DNA of 52,868 nt from an uncultured Acetatifactor sp. (GTDB lineage: Bacteria > Bacillota > Clostridia > Lachnospirales > Lachnospiraceae): positions 1-52,868 of the forward strand of contig CALWLO010000001.1 of the NCBI GenBank assembly GCA_944381545.1, written 5' to 3'. A model generated the notes under the pieces. The model saw nothing but the letters and a program-made list of their open reading frames with translations. It was not told the DNA's origin and did no database searches. How positions within the stretch are numbered: the first letter of the stretch is position 1; every line of letters begins with the position of its first letter. Positions 17,327 to 27,385 of the stretch are shown here, one piece after another. Made by a program: the position numbers and the translations under genes.

Positions 17327-18253
17327 TTAGAAGTTCTTCCCGCACAGTTCCGTGCGCCGGATGCTCTCCGGCAGATCATACAGGCAGTAGCTCTCCATGT
17401 CCCCGCTCATGCTCCGGTCATAGGTCAGGCTGCCGAAAGCCTTATTGGCCATGGCGCCGATCTTTCCGGGCATCCGGGAGGCCAGCGCTGCCAGCGGATT
17501 CATGGCTTTCAGCAAATGTACCTTTTTCCCGTGAGCGGCGGCAATCTCCTGCACCATCCGGGAGGTTGCGGTATATTCTGCATTCTGGGGAAAATACAAT
17601 CCCCCCCGCCCGTCTTCGATCCTCTGCCGGATAAATTCGCAGAGATTCTCAATATAGATCATGCTGCGCTGATTCTGCACATCCGGGAAAAAGGGGAGCC
17701 TGGCCGCCAGCTTTGCCAGCATGGGATAATTGCCCTTACTGCCCCGTCCATAGACCATGGGCAGGCGCAGAATGCCCAGCTGCATCTTCCTGCTCCCGCC
17801 GGCAGCCGTCAGCTTTTCCAGCTCCTCCTCTGCCCGAAGCTTGCTGTTTCCATAAAAATGAGAGTTATCGGCCGGAGTCTGCGGGGTAATTATCCGGCTT
17901 TTACCGTAGGGGGCGCTTTCCCCGTAGACAATGATGCTGCTGGGATAGAGGAAAAGCCCCACTCCTGCTGCCTGGGCTTTCCTGGCGGTTGCCACAGCCA
18001 GATCGCAGTTTACCTGATAATACAGAGCCTGCTGCTCCTGCGTTACCTTGCCCGTATCCACATGGGCAATACCGCTGGCCTGGAACACCGCATCATAGCC
18101 GCTGAAATCATAGCTTTCCCACTCCGAATCTCTCTGGGAAATCATATCCACCCGGTACAGCTCCCGGCCCTGCCGGTCATTATCTTCCAGCAGATACCGC
18201 TTCAGGCTGGTACCAATATAACTGTTTGCCCCTGTAATTAAGACTCTCTTCAT
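17327..18253 (-). CDS. NAD-dependent epimerase/dehydratase
   Basis: Start moved to MKRVLITGANSYIG (Rossmann motif). YGNSK catalytic YxxxK; LRLPMVYG. Confidence 0.9.
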   Translation of the reverse strand: MKRVLITGANSYIGTSLKRYLLEDNDRQGRELYRVDMISQRDSEWESYDFSGYDAVFQASGIAHVDTGKVTQEQQALYYQVNCDLAVATARKAQAAGVGLFLYPSSIIVYGESAPYGKSRIITPQTPADNSHFYGNSKLRAEEELEKLTAAGGSRKMQLGILRLPMVYGRGSKGNYPMLAKLAARLPFFPDVQNQRSMIYIENLCEFIRQRIEDGRGGLYFPQNAEYTATSRMVQEIAAAHGKKVHLLKAMNPLAALASRMPGKIGAMANKAFGSLTYDRSMSGDMESYCLYDLPESIRRTELCGKNF

Positions 18254-18339
18254 GCCTACACACACCTGCCTGCACTGCCGCTTCGATATACCGCTCTCTA
18301 TGGTACTCTCCTGCTGCATCATTTTTGTATCCCGGATAC

Positions 18340-19014
18340 CTATCGCTCTTTCTTGCGGCGTTCCGCCTCATGCATGGCGCCTGTGCCGCCCTCTACTACC
18401 CCGTCTCCCCGGAATACGCTTAAAAAGGTTCCAAAGAAGCACCGCAGATCCATTTTCAGCCCCATCTTTTCCACATACTCTCCGTCAAAACGGGCCTTTA
18501 CCGGGATCTCCAGCTCATCCCGTCCATTGATCTGGGCCCAGCCGGTAAGTCCGGGACGAATATCATTTGCCCCGTATTTATCCCTCTCCTCGATCAGGTC
18601 ATACTGGTTCCACAGCGCAGGACGGGGCCCTACAATGGCCATATCTCCTCTCAGAATATTGAGGATTTGGGGAAGCTCATCCAGGCTGGTTCTGCGCAGG
18701 AATGCGCCCGCTCGGGTAATATACTGCCGGGGATTCTCCAGCAGATGCGTGGGCGTGTCCTTGGGCGTATCCGTCCGCATGGTTCGAAACTTCAATATGG
18801 CAAAATGGGTCTTGTGGATACCCACCCGCTTCTGCCGAAACAACACCGGCCCCGGGGAATCAAGCTTAATCGCCGCAATCAGAATCAGAAACACCGGTGA
18901 CAGAACGATCAGCCCCAGCAGCGCCAGAATAAAATCCATTCCTCTTTTTACATATGCATACATGCTCTTTTCCCTCTCACTTTGCCGCCTGTGCCTCTTC
19001 ATTTTCCGGTTCAT
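18340..19014 (-). CDS. Small priming phosphoglycosyltransferase (Bac_transf, PglC-like); start uncertain (19014 or 18963)
   Basis: KRGMD..LA, SPGPVLFRQKRVG, KFRTM, LRRTSLDELPQ, VGPRP, RPGLTGWAQINGR. Confidence 0.9.
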   Translation of the reverse strand: MNRKMKRHRRQSEREKSMYAYVKRGMDFILALLGLIVLSPVFLILIAAIKLDSPGPVLFRQKRVGIHKTHFAILKFRTMRTDTPKDTPTHLLENPRQYITRAGAFLRRTSLDELPQILNILRGDMAIVGPRPALWNQYDLIEERDKYGANDIRPGLTGWAQINGRDELEIPVKARFDGEYVEKMGLKMDLRCFFGTFLSVFRGDGVVEGGTGAMHEAERRKKER

Positions 19015-20899
19015 GTCCCTCTTTCTCCTCATACTGATAAGTAGGGACAATCTCCTGCACCAGGGCCCGGATATCCGCCGATTCGTTCACCGAGGCCTCC
19101 TCCAGGCGTTTCAGCTGCTCCTCAAACAATGTATCCTCATATTCGATGGGCTTTCCGATATAGATCATCCGGTTTGCCGTCTCCTTCAGGCCCTCCTCGC
19201 TCATCAGCAGCTCCTCATACATCTTTTCTCCGGGCCGCAGGCCGGTAAATTCAATCTTGATATCCTCATCCACCCGGTAACCGGACAGCTTAATCATATT
19301 TTTAGCCAGATCCAGGATCTTCATGGGTTCTCCCATATCCAGCACAAAGATCTCCCCGCCCTTAGCGTAGGCGCCCGCCTGCAGCACCAGGGATACCGCC
19401 TCAGGAATGGTCATAAAATACCGGATAATATCCGGATGGGTTACCGTCACCGGCCCGCCCTGTTCGATCTGTTTTTTAAACAGAGGAACCACGCTGCCGT
19501 TGCTGCCCAGTACATTGCCGAAACGAACGGCCACATACTCCGTTTGGGATCTGCGGTTCATGTTCTGAATCACCATCTCGCAGATTCTCTTGGAAGCGCC
19601 CATGATATTCGTGGGATTCACCGCCTTATCCGTGGAAATCATAACAAACTTTTTCGTGCCGTACCGGTCTGCCGCCGCCGCCACCTTAACGGTTCCGAAT
19701 ACATTGTTTTTAATGGCTTCGTTGGGGCTGTCCTCCATCAACGGCACATGCTTATGGGCCGCCGCATGATAGACAATATCCGGCCGGTACTCCTTAAAGA
19801 TCTCATCCATTCTCCTGGTATTGCGTACGGAAGCGATGAGTACCACCAGATCCAGCTTGGGATAGCCTCGCTTTAGCTCCTGCTGGATCTCATAGGCGTT
19901 ATTTTCATAGATATCCAGGATAATCAGCTGCCGGGGATTATGCCCGGCGATCTGCCGGCACAGCTCGCTGCCGATGGAGCCGCCTCCTCCGGTTACCAGC
20001 ACCGTCTGATTCTGTACGTAGCCGATGATCTCGTCCACATTGACCTCAATGGGATCCCTGCCCAGCAGATCCTCAATCTGCACCTCCCGCAGATTGGATA
20101 CATTCACATCCCCCTTGATGATCTGATACATACCCGGCAGAATCTGGATCCGGCAGCCGGTCTCCTTGCATATTTCGATCAGAGGCTTTAATTGGGAACG
20201 GCTGGCGGAGGGGATGGCAATAATGATCTCATCTATATCATACTTCTCCACGCTCTCCACAATTTTCTCCCGGCCCCCTACGATGGGCACGCCCCGCAGA
20301 TATTTTCCCTGGCATCCCGGATTATCGTCAATAAAGCAGGCCACATGCATGCTCAGGTATTTACTGGACTGAATCTCCTGGAGGATGGCATTGCCGGAAG
20401 CTCCTGCTCCCACTATCATATAATTCTGGCGTTCCGGCGCCTTATAATGACTCAGTCTCCGATTCTGCACCATCCGCATAAAACGATAGCTGAAGCGCAC
20501 GCCTCCCGTGAAAATTGCCAGAAAGAGAGCATAGAAAAAGGGATAACTCCTGGGCACATGTGTATCCAGCAGCCAATAGATCACCGGCTGCATAGCGGCG
20601 CAGATCACCACTGCGATAATCACGTTCACCAGCTCCGTATCGGAGGCATAACGCCACACACTGTTATATAGCCGAAAAATATAAAAAATAACCAGTGTAA
20701 TGAAGACATTGATCACATAGGAATCCTGAATCGCTTTCCAGAACTCCGGCGCTATATCCATAAAGCTGAGATCATAACGCACATATAAGCTCAGCACAGA
20801 AGAAATCAACACTGCCAGCATATCTGTCACGATCAGCAGAATGATTCTGGTAATGGGAATCTTCAATATGCCGATTCGGATATCGCTTAATTTCTTCAT
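18977..20899 (-). CDS. capD: Nucleoside-diphosphate sugar 4,6-dehydratase (CapD/PglF/WbpM family)
   Basis: Four N-terminal TM helices; IEDLLGR, TGGGGSIGSEL, HAAAHKHVP, STDKAVNPTNIMGASK, RFGNVLGSNGSV, GLRPGEK. Confidence 0.93.
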   Translation of the reverse strand: MKKLSDIRIGILKIPITRIILLIVTDMLAVLISSVLSLYVRYDLSFMDIAPEFWKAIQDSYVINVFITLVIFYIFRLYNSVWRYASDTELVNVIIAVVICAAMQPVIYWLLDTHVPRSYPFFYALFLAIFTGGVRFSYRFMRMVQNRRLSHYKAPERQNYMIVGAGASGNAILQEIQSSKYLSMHVACFIDDNPGCQGKYLRGVPIVGGREKIVESVEKYDIDEIIIAIPSASRSQLKPLIEICKETGCRIQILPGMYQIIKGDVNVSNLREVQIEDLLGRDPIEVNVDEIIGYVQNQTVLVTGGGGSIGSELCRQIAGHNPRQLIILDIYENNAYEIQQELKRGYPKLDLVVLIASVRNTRRMDEIFKEYRPDIVYHAAAHKHVPLMEDSPNEAIKNNVFGTVKVAAAADRYGTKKFVMISTDKAVNPTNIMGASKRICEMVIQNMNRRSQTEYVAVRFGNVLGSNGSVVPLFKKQIEQGGPVTVTHPDIIRYFMTIPEAVSLVLQAGAYAKGGEIFVLDMGEPMKILDLAKNMIKLSGYRVDEDIKIEFTGLRPGEKMYEELLMSEEGLKETANRMIYIGKPIEYEDTLFEEQLKRLEEASVNESADIRALVQEIVPTYQYEEKEGHEPENEEAQAAK

Positions 20900-21075
20900 A
20901 ACCTGTCTCCTTTTCCCTTAAAGCTAACAGCTTTTTGCATCAATTTTGCAGCTTTTCTGCATTTATTCTATCTTCTCTGATCTTTTTATCCGGCATTCAA
21001 CCTGATTTTTGCAATTTTTCCTGCAAAAACATTTTTTTGCAGATCCGTTTTCTATCATTTGTTATGCTAATGCTA

Positions 21076-22251
21076 TCAGTTAAAGATCCAGTTCAGATAC
21101 GGCAGCAGCCGGATGTTTACATCGTAGGCTGACCGCAGGAACAGGATAAAATAGGCCAGAAATACCGCTGCCGTACCCGCAGTCAGCAGCCGTCTCATTC
21201 CCTTTTTCTCCATACTGCGCAGCAGATTGGGAATCAGAAAAATCTGAGGCAGGATCAGATAATAGGCCACCCGGGACACTTCGGGGATAAAAGCCCCAAA
21301 GGTGTACAGCACCAGCCCGCCCAGGTTCAGAAAGAAGTAAAACCGGTTGCGCACATTGTCCCGAATTGCCCCCTTATAGCAGATCAGGGACAGTGCCAGC
21401 GTCCCGGCACACTTGGCGATGTTGGTCAGGGAATACTCCACCTGGTCAAACATGGAGTTCTCATAAAAGGGGTAGATCTTAAAAATCATAAACCGGTAGA
21501 TCTCCCTGCCGAAGATCAGGCTCAGGATCAGCAGTGCCCCGGCAATATAGTGCCAGCGTTTCAGCCGGATTCCGGCCAGCCATTTTGCCCCCAGATAGAC
21601 GGGGATCACCAGCAGTACGGATTTGTGGAAGGTGGCTGCCGCCAGAATCCACAGGATAAATTTCAGGTATTCTCCCCGCAGCACATATTTGCTGCTGTAC
21701 AGAGCAATGGCCAGCACCAGATAATAGCGCACGGAGTTAAAGCTGGAGAAATAGTAGCCATTCATCAAAAACAGGTACAGGGATCCCAGAAAGAAGTCCC
21801 CCTGTTCGTAGATGGTGCGCAGGAAAAAGTACACCGTCAGCAGGGAAAACAGGCCGAATATGGGCAGATAGCTGTACCCTTCCGTGCCGAAGAAATACTG
21901 CATCACCCGCACCAGAGCGTTAAAACCGAACTCCGAGGATACATGCCTTCCCTGGGAGATCAGATTAAACATGCTGGTATAGACCCAGTAATCGTTGCCG
22001 CTGGCGATCCGGCAGGCGGACAATGCCGACAGGATCACATAGATCCCGGCGCAGATCCAGAGATTCAGAGCCTGCTGACGGGTTCGGACCGGACTCTGAC
22101 GGCCTGTTCCGCAGCCGCTCTCTGCTGATATACCGCCCGGTGTATGCCGGCATACCCGTCCTCCGTCCATATGCAGTTGTACGCTCTCCCGGGTATCGCA
22201 AAAACATGCCATCAGCAATACCAGGACGGTTACACCCACAAACAAAACCAT
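21076..22251 (-). CDS. EpsG-family polysaccharide polymerase (Wzy-like)
   Basis: Polytopic membrane protein with R...GND...Y, SEFGF, SFNSVRY.L, TFHKS and a C-terminal LPY. Confidence 0.82.
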   Translation of the reverse strand: MVLFVGVTVLVLLMACFCDTRESVQLHMDGGRVCRHTPGGISAESGCGTGRQSPVRTRQQALNLWICAGIYVILSALSACRIASGNDYWVYTSMFNLISQGRHVSSEFGFNALVRVMQYFFGTEGYSYLPIFGLFSLLTVYFFLRTIYEQGDFFLGSLYLFLMNGYYFSSFNSVRYYLVLAIALYSSKYVLRGEYLKFILWILAAATFHKSVLLVIPVYLGAKWLAGIRLKRWHYIAGALLILSLIFGREIYRFMIFKIYPFYENSMFDQVEYSLTNIAKCAGTLALSLICYKGAIRDNVRNRFYFFLNLGGLVLYTFGAFIPEVSRVAYYLILPQIFLIPNLLRSMEKKGMRRLLTAGTAAVFLAYFILFLRSAYDVNIRLLPYLNWIFN

Positions 22252-22362
22252 CTACCGAATCTCCATTCTGCACACTGCATTTTCCGCCGCCTGTTCTTTC
22301 TATACCGTACCGCTCCGGCAGCCACAGACATCTGCTGTGCCTACCGTTTCGCCTCTTCTGTG

Positions 22363-23199
22363 CTATCGCCGGTACAGCACCTTTTTACACCGGTTATAAA
22401 ATCCCGACCAGGCCGGGCTCTCCGCCATTCTGGTCCGCAGCGGGGCCAGCGTCACCAGCAGGAGCAGGCGGTATTTCCGCAGCTGTCCCCTGCTCATATA
22501 CTGTGCAGTGATCTCCCGGTGTTCCCTGGCCGAACGCTTCCGGTTCTCCGGCGTCTCGGAAAAGCCGCCGCCCTCATAGGAAGCCAATGTCACCGGGATA
22601 TACCGGGGCCTGGCGTCCTGCCGGAAATAACACCAGAGAAAATGCTCATAATCCGCCCGTACCCGGTACTCCGGCTTATATCCCCGCTCCTTAAACAGGC
22701 TGTGATGATAGATACAGGCCTGGTGGCAGGGTACATTGCGGTAGCAGGCAAAATCATCCATATGGGGGTTGGAGGCTACCACCTGGCCCCGCAGGGCATC
22801 ATAGATATCGCCGTAGAAGATTCGGCTCTCCTGCCCCGCCGCCCTGCCGATCTCGGCAGCAGCCTGCTCCAGTGCCGTTTCCGAGGCAAAATGATCCCCG
22901 CAATTTAAAAAATACAGGTACTCCCCCCGTGCTTTACGGGTTGCCTGATTCATGCCGTCATAGATGCCGGTATCGGGCTGCTCCAGGATCCGTACCTCCG
23001 GCATCCGTTTCCCTGCCGCCTGGCTCAGTCCGGCCAGATACTCCCGCAGAGCTTCCAGGGAGCCGTCCCGGGAGCCGCCGTCCTTAACAATGACTTCATA
23101 ATCCGCATAGGTCTGTTTTGTCACACTCTTCATGGTCTCCACCAGCTTACCGCCGGGATTTAACGAGACCATGAGAATACTGAACATGGGTGATCTCAT
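22363..23199 (-). CDS. GT2 glycosyltransferase
   Basis: Start moved to MRSPMFSILMVSLN. DGGSRDGS, DTGIYDGMNQ, FLNCGD, CHQA, ADYE. Confidence 0.88.
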   Translation of the reverse strand: MRSPMFSILMVSLNPGGKLVETMKSVTKQTYADYEVIVKDGGSRDGSLEALREYLAGLSQAAGKRMPEVRILEQPDTGIYDGMNQATRKARGEYLYFLNCGDHFASETALEQAAAEIGRAAGQESRIFYGDIYDALRGQVVASNPHMDDFACYRNVPCHQACIYHHSLFKERGYKPEYRVRADYEHFLWCYFRQDARPRYIPVTLASYEGGGFSETPENRKRSAREHREITAQYMSRGQLRKYRLLLLVTLAPLRTRMAESPAWSGFYNRCKKVLYRR

Positions 23200-23201
23200 A
23201 C

Positions 23202-23981
23202 TTATACCCCTCCATCTCTGATCCCCTGGCGCATGATGGTATAGGCTTTCTTCCAGGGGATCTCCCGGCACATCTCTTCTCTGTGGGCCAGCAGGAACCG
23301 CAGGGCCATGGGCTTTGCCAGAACACCGTATAAGTAGCGGTATAGTACGCCCCTGTCGTAAAAAAATTTGGTATTATACCCGGTAAACCAGGTGGACTCC
23401 CTCTCCCGCTCATGTCCGATGGTCACCGGCACCTTGAAGACCTTCAGGCCTGCTTTCAGGCAGTCACGGATAAACAAACTGTCCTCCCCATTGCTGTATT
23501 TTGCGCCGCCCCCAAACAGCAGGGAAAAGGTGATGTTTTTCTGGTGGATCCGCTCCGTCCGCACCGCAAAGCTGTAGGTGGGATAGCGTCCGCAGTTGTA
23601 CCAGTGCACCCGCCCAAAGCTGTCGTTACGGTAGGTCTCCCTGCCCGGCATGGCCTGTACATGGAAAAGCAGCATATCCGCTTCGGGATGGGCGGAAAAA
23701 GCCTCCAGCACTGCTTTTTCGTAGCCTGGTTCATAGATAATATCCTCATCTGCAAAAAGGCTGATGTCGGCCCCGGCCCGCAGCAGGCTGTGATTGCGGC
23801 TCAGCCCCACCCCCCGCTCCGCCATGGCAAAAAAGCGGAGTGTATGGCCCTGCCACTCCACTTCCTCATATCCGTAATACTCCCCCTGGCTGACAATGAT
23901 GGCGTCGCTGTCAATCTGCATCTCCTCTGCCAGTTCCCGGGGCTTGCGGTTCATGGCTGCTACCAGTAATTGCAGTGTCAT
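23202..23981 (-). CDS. GT-A fold glycosyltransferase
   Basis: Start moved to MTLQLLVAAM (RBS GAGGA). ERGVGLSRN, FADED, GGGAKYSNGEDS. Confidence 0.85.
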   Translation of the reverse strand: MTLQLLVAAMNRKPRELAEEMQIDSDAIIVSQGEYYGYEEVEWQGHTLRFFAMAERGVGLSRNHSLLRAGADISLFADEDIIYEPGYEKAVLEAFSAHPEADMLLFHVQAMPGRETYRNDSFGRVHWYNCGRYPTYSFAVRTERIHQKNITFSLLFGGGAKYSNGEDSLFIRDCLKAGLKVFKVPVTIGHERERESTWFTGYNTKFFYDRGVLYRYLYGVLAKPMALRFLLAHREEMCREIPWKKAYTIMRQGIRDGGV

Positions 23982-24029
23982 GCTTTCCTCCTCACTCCCT
24001 AATTCCACTCTGCAGCATTTCCGGCTTTT

Positions 24030-25100
24030 TTACTTCTTCTCACACAGATACCACCGGATCAGCCTGCTGTCGGCTTCCACCAGCACCATGGCATCCACGT
24101 TCACCTCCAGCTGCCCCAGCAGCCGCAGCGTCTCCTCAATGGATTTGCCCCGGTCTGCATCTGCCTGCACCAGCAGCAGGATACCCTCCTGGCTGCACAG
24201 CGCTTCCCCTGCCTCCGGCGCCTGATGCAGACTGGGGATCGCCGTATATTTCCGCCGCAGCTCTGCTCCATTCTCAGACACACCGGCCGTTTCCAGCATC
24301 TCCAGCACCTTAACTGTGCCTCCCGGATCCAGCTTCCCGTTTACGGCGGTAACGCCGATCCTTTTTTTCTGCCCCAGCAGAAATTTCAGCTGTGCCCCCA
24401 GCTCCTGCGATGGTCTTCCCTCCCCATCCACATAGCCTGCTGCCGGAATACCGTAGCGCCAGGCCAATGTCCCCGGCACCTGGATCTTCTCATTCAATAT
24501 CTCAGCCATTCCCAGGCCAAATAACGCAAAAAAGGTGCCCAGCACCGCACCCAGCACACAAGCCCGCAGGGTGCGCACATCCGGCATTGCCAGCTGCGGC
24601 TGCCCTCTGTCCATCAGCCTTACCTCTATCAGTTCCTTTTGCCGCTCTCCCACAGCTATCATGGCTTCTCCGGCCACCCGGTCGATCTCCCGGGCCGTCT
24701 CCGCATCCACATGGGTGGTATGGATGTAGCAGATTCGCAGATCCGATACCAGCTCTGCTTCAAAGCTGTCCGTCAGTTCCTGTGCCGTCATAGGAACTGT
24801 CAGTTTTTCCAGCATCTCCGTTACCATCTCATCACTTTTCAACAGATCATTCCAGGTATAAGACGCAAAATAGGAATAAGTCTGCTGATCGCTGGGATCC
24901 ACTGCATATTCCAGATAATATTTACTGTCCATGGTATAAGGGATCACTCCCCCAAAGGTCACATGTTTCAGATAATAGATACCGCCTACCAGCACCAGAC
25001 CCGCCAGCGCTCCCGCCAGAACTGCCCACAGCCTGCGCAGGCACAGCAATACAAACAGTCTCATATCAAAGGGTTCTTTCCCGTAGTTACACTGCCACAT
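24030..25100 (-). CDS. Wzz/CpsC-like co-polymerase with a degenerate C-terminal BY-kinase-like domain
   Basis: EPFDMRLF then TM1, an extracellular loop, and P...P..GAVLG TM2. The tail has YGIPAAG, KRIGVTA and GILLLV, but no intact Walker A. Confidence 0.7.
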   Translation of the reverse strand: MWQCNYGKEPFDMRLFVLLCLRRLWAVLAGALAGLVLVGGIYYLKHVTFGGVIPYTMDSKYYLEYAVDPSDQQTYSYFASYTWNDLLKSDEMVTEMLEKLTVPMTAQELTDSFEAELVSDLRICYIHTTHVDAETAREIDRVAGEAMIAVGERQKELIEVRLMDRGQPQLAMPDVRTLRACVLGAVLGTFFALFGLGMAEILNEKIQVPGTLAWRYGIPAAGYVDGEGRPSQELGAQLKFLLGQKKRIGVTAVNGKLDPGGTVKVLEMLETAGVSENGAELRRKYTAIPSLHQAPEAGEALCSQEGILLLVQADADRGKSIEETLRLLGQLEVNVDAMVLVEADSRLIRWYLCEKK

Positions 25101-25112
25101 ATGCAGCCCTCC

Positions 25113-26522
25113 CTACTTGTCCGAATGCTTCATCTCTTCCTTCAGAGCCGTTATCTGCTCACTTTCCACGCCCTCGGTACTGTCCGGCCAGAAGAGAATC
25201 TTCAGGGTCAGCAGCATCAGCTGGATATCCAGCCACACGGAATAGTTCTCGATATAGGTCAGATCCAGCTTCAGCTTATCATAGGGTGTGGTATTGTATT
25301 TGCCGTAGACCTGGGCATAACCGGCCAATCCGGCCTTTACCTTCATCCGATAGGCAAACTCCGGCATGACCTCCATATACTGTGCGATAATCTCCGGGCG
25401 TTCGGGTCTGGGGCCGATAAAGGACATATCGCCCCTGATAATATTGATCAGCTGAGGCAATTCATCAATACGTACCTTCCGGATAAATTTACCGACAGGC
25501 GTAATCCGGTTGTCATTTTTCTGGGCCAGCCGCGCCACACCATCCTTCTCCGCATCCACCCGCATACTGCGGAACTTCAAAATATAGAACTCCCTCTGGT
25601 TCAGTGTACAGCGCACCTGCTTATACAGCACCGGCCCTCCGTCATAAAGCTTAATGACAATAGCCGTAATCAGCATAATGGGTGAGGCAATCACAAAGAG
25701 CAGAAGGGAAAATATCAAATCAATCATGCGCTTGATGAATCGCTGCTCCACTGTCAGGCTGTATTCCCTGGTCAGCAGAATGGGCGTATCAAACAGATGC
25801 AGCTCCTCGGTGCCCAGCAGAATCACATCCGTAATCTTGGGCATCATATAGACCCGGATGGAGCGGGCATAGCAGTATTTCAGCAGAAGATTCCTCTCCT
25901 GTGTGGGAATATCCCAGATCACAACAGCATTGAATTCCCCTCCGGCATACCCTTCCTCAATTTCCCGGTACAGCGTTTCCAATCCCTTTTCCAGATGAGT
26001 ATACCTGACGATATTATACTTATCCTTACGGCTCTGAAATTTGCTGACAATGCTTTCTATGGGCCTGTCCCCGTGGATCAGCAGCATCTTCCTGGGGGGA
26101 AAAACCGTCTTATAAATCCAGTAGGCGATATTGTTCCAGATCAGGATGATCAGCAGCTGCCAGACCAGCAGATAGATAAAGCACTGGGGTACGAAAAGTC
26201 TCTTTGCCATGATGGACAGCTGCCCGTATAGCAGCACGTCCGCAGCAAGGCTGGCAAAGGCCTGGGAGAATATCACCTCCGCATTCTTCAAGTATCCAAT
26301 GCGCATCCCCCCGTACATATTGGAGAAGAAAAAAAGCATTGCCACATAAAAAGCAATCTGCAGCGCATCTGCTCTCCAATAATAGTGGATGCCGGTTTCC
26401 ACCGTAATGCTGGGGCTGAAATTGGTCTTCCAGTAATAGACAAACACCAATGTCTCCAGCGCTATGCATACCCCGGACAGGGCCAGCAATATGATTCTTT
26501 TGGATGTTTCCAGTTTACGCAT
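25113..26522 (-). CDS. Large priming polyprenyl glycosylphosphotransferase (WcaJ/CpsE-like)
   Basis: Four N-terminal TM helices; KRMIDL, GPVLYKQVR, KFRSM, RIDELPQ, GPRPERP, GLAGYAQV. Confidence 0.92.
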   Translation of the reverse strand: MRKLETSKRIILLALSGVCIALETLVFVYYWKTNFSPSITVETGIHYYWRADALQIAFYVAMLFFFSNMYGGMRIGYLKNAEVIFSQAFASLAADVLLYGQLSIMAKRLFVPQCFIYLLVWQLLIILIWNNIAYWIYKTVFPPRKMLLIHGDRPIESIVSKFQSRKDKYNIVRYTHLEKGLETLYREIEEGYAGGEFNAVVIWDIPTQERNLLLKYCYARSIRVYMMPKITDVILLGTEELHLFDTPILLTREYSLTVEQRFIKRMIDLIFSLLLFVIASPIMLITAIVIKLYDGGPVLYKQVRCTLNQREFYILKFRSMRVDAEKDGVARLAQKNDNRITPVGKFIRKVRIDELPQLINIIRGDMSFIGPRPERPEIIAQYMEVMPEFAYRMKVKAGLAGYAQVYGKYNTTPYDKLKLDLTYIENYSVWLDIQLMLLTLKILFWPDSTEGVESEQITALKEEMKHSDK

Positions 26523-26564
26523 TCTACTTACCTTCTTTTATCCGTTTCTTTTCACGTAACAGTC

Positions 26565-26593
26565 ATCATACCATATTTCCCCGGCTTCGTCCA
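26565..26593 (-). promoter_or_regulatory. Probable SigA promoter for the priming-GT operon
   Basis: TGGACG, 17-bp spacer, TATGAT with extended -10 TG. Confidence 0.55.
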
Positions 26594-26599
26594 CTGCCT

Positions 26600-27358
26600 T
26601 CATATTCTTCTGCGCACCGCCCGCACCGCCCAGAAGCAGAAATTATACAGGCTGCGGGGAATGGACAGTCCTTCTGCCCTGCGGTACAGATTCCAGATCC
26701 GCCGTATGGCCTCCAGCTTATTGGAAGACAGGGACTTGGCCGGCCTGCGGTAGAGCACCAGATTTTCATCCAGACCATATGCCGTATACCCGTTTCTCAG
26801 CACCTTCCACCACAGAGCCGTATCCTCGCTTTTGATATCCGGCATTTCCAACAGCTCCTTGGGGATCCTCTCCGTGTCAAACATGACGGTGGAGGTAAAA
26901 ATCGTCGTATTTTTCAATGCATCCTGATAGCGAAGCTCCTTAGGGACATGTACCACCTTACCCGTGCCCACGCCGTTTTCATCGGCAAATTCATAACCGG
27001 TAAATACAAAGGCGGCCTGCTTCTCCTGTAAAAACTGCAGCTGACGGGAAAGCTTTTGAGGCTGCCACAGATCATCTGCATCCACATAGGCAATATAGCG
27101 GCCGCAGGCCTCCTGCAGCCCCCTGTTCCGCGCTTTTGCCGCTCCCATATTATGCTCCCTGACAATGATCCGCAGGCGGTTTTCCTTCTTTTCCTCCTGG
27201 TATTCCCGAATCACCTGGACGGAGCTGTCCTTACAGCCATCCACCACCAGCAGCAGCTCCCAGTCCGTATAGGTCTGCGCTCCAACATGCTCTATGGTCT
27301 CCCGTATATATTTTTCCGCATTGTACACCGGCACAATGATACTGACCGTCTCGTTCAT
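26600..27358 (-). CDS. GT2 glycosyltransferase (TuaG-like)
   Basis: VSIIVPVYNAEKYI, GAAKARNRG, YVDADDLW.P.KL..Q, SEDTALW, SLSSNK. Confidence 0.9.
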   Translation of the reverse strand: MNETVSIIVPVYNAEKYIRETIEHVGAQTYTDWELLLVVDGCKDSSVQVIREYQEEKKENRLRIIVREHNMGAAKARNRGLQEACGRYIAYVDADDLWQPQKLSRQLQFLQEKQAAFVFTGYEFADENGVGTGKVVHVPKELRYQDALKNTTIFTSTVMFDTERIPKELLEMPDIKSEDTALWWKVLRNGYTAYGLDENLVLYRRPAKSLSSNKLEAIRRIWNLYRRAEGLSIPRSLYNFCFWAVRAVRRRI

Positions 27359-27385
27359 CTCTTTCCTTTCCCTGAAAGCAGCGGC

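Noticed and set aside
18353-19876. Long + strand ORF of 507 aa, and similar ones at 10525-11736, 5033-6091, 24639-25685 and 17261-18241
   Set aside because: Antisense shadows of well-supported minus-strand genes with no recognisable motifs; expected from codon bias.
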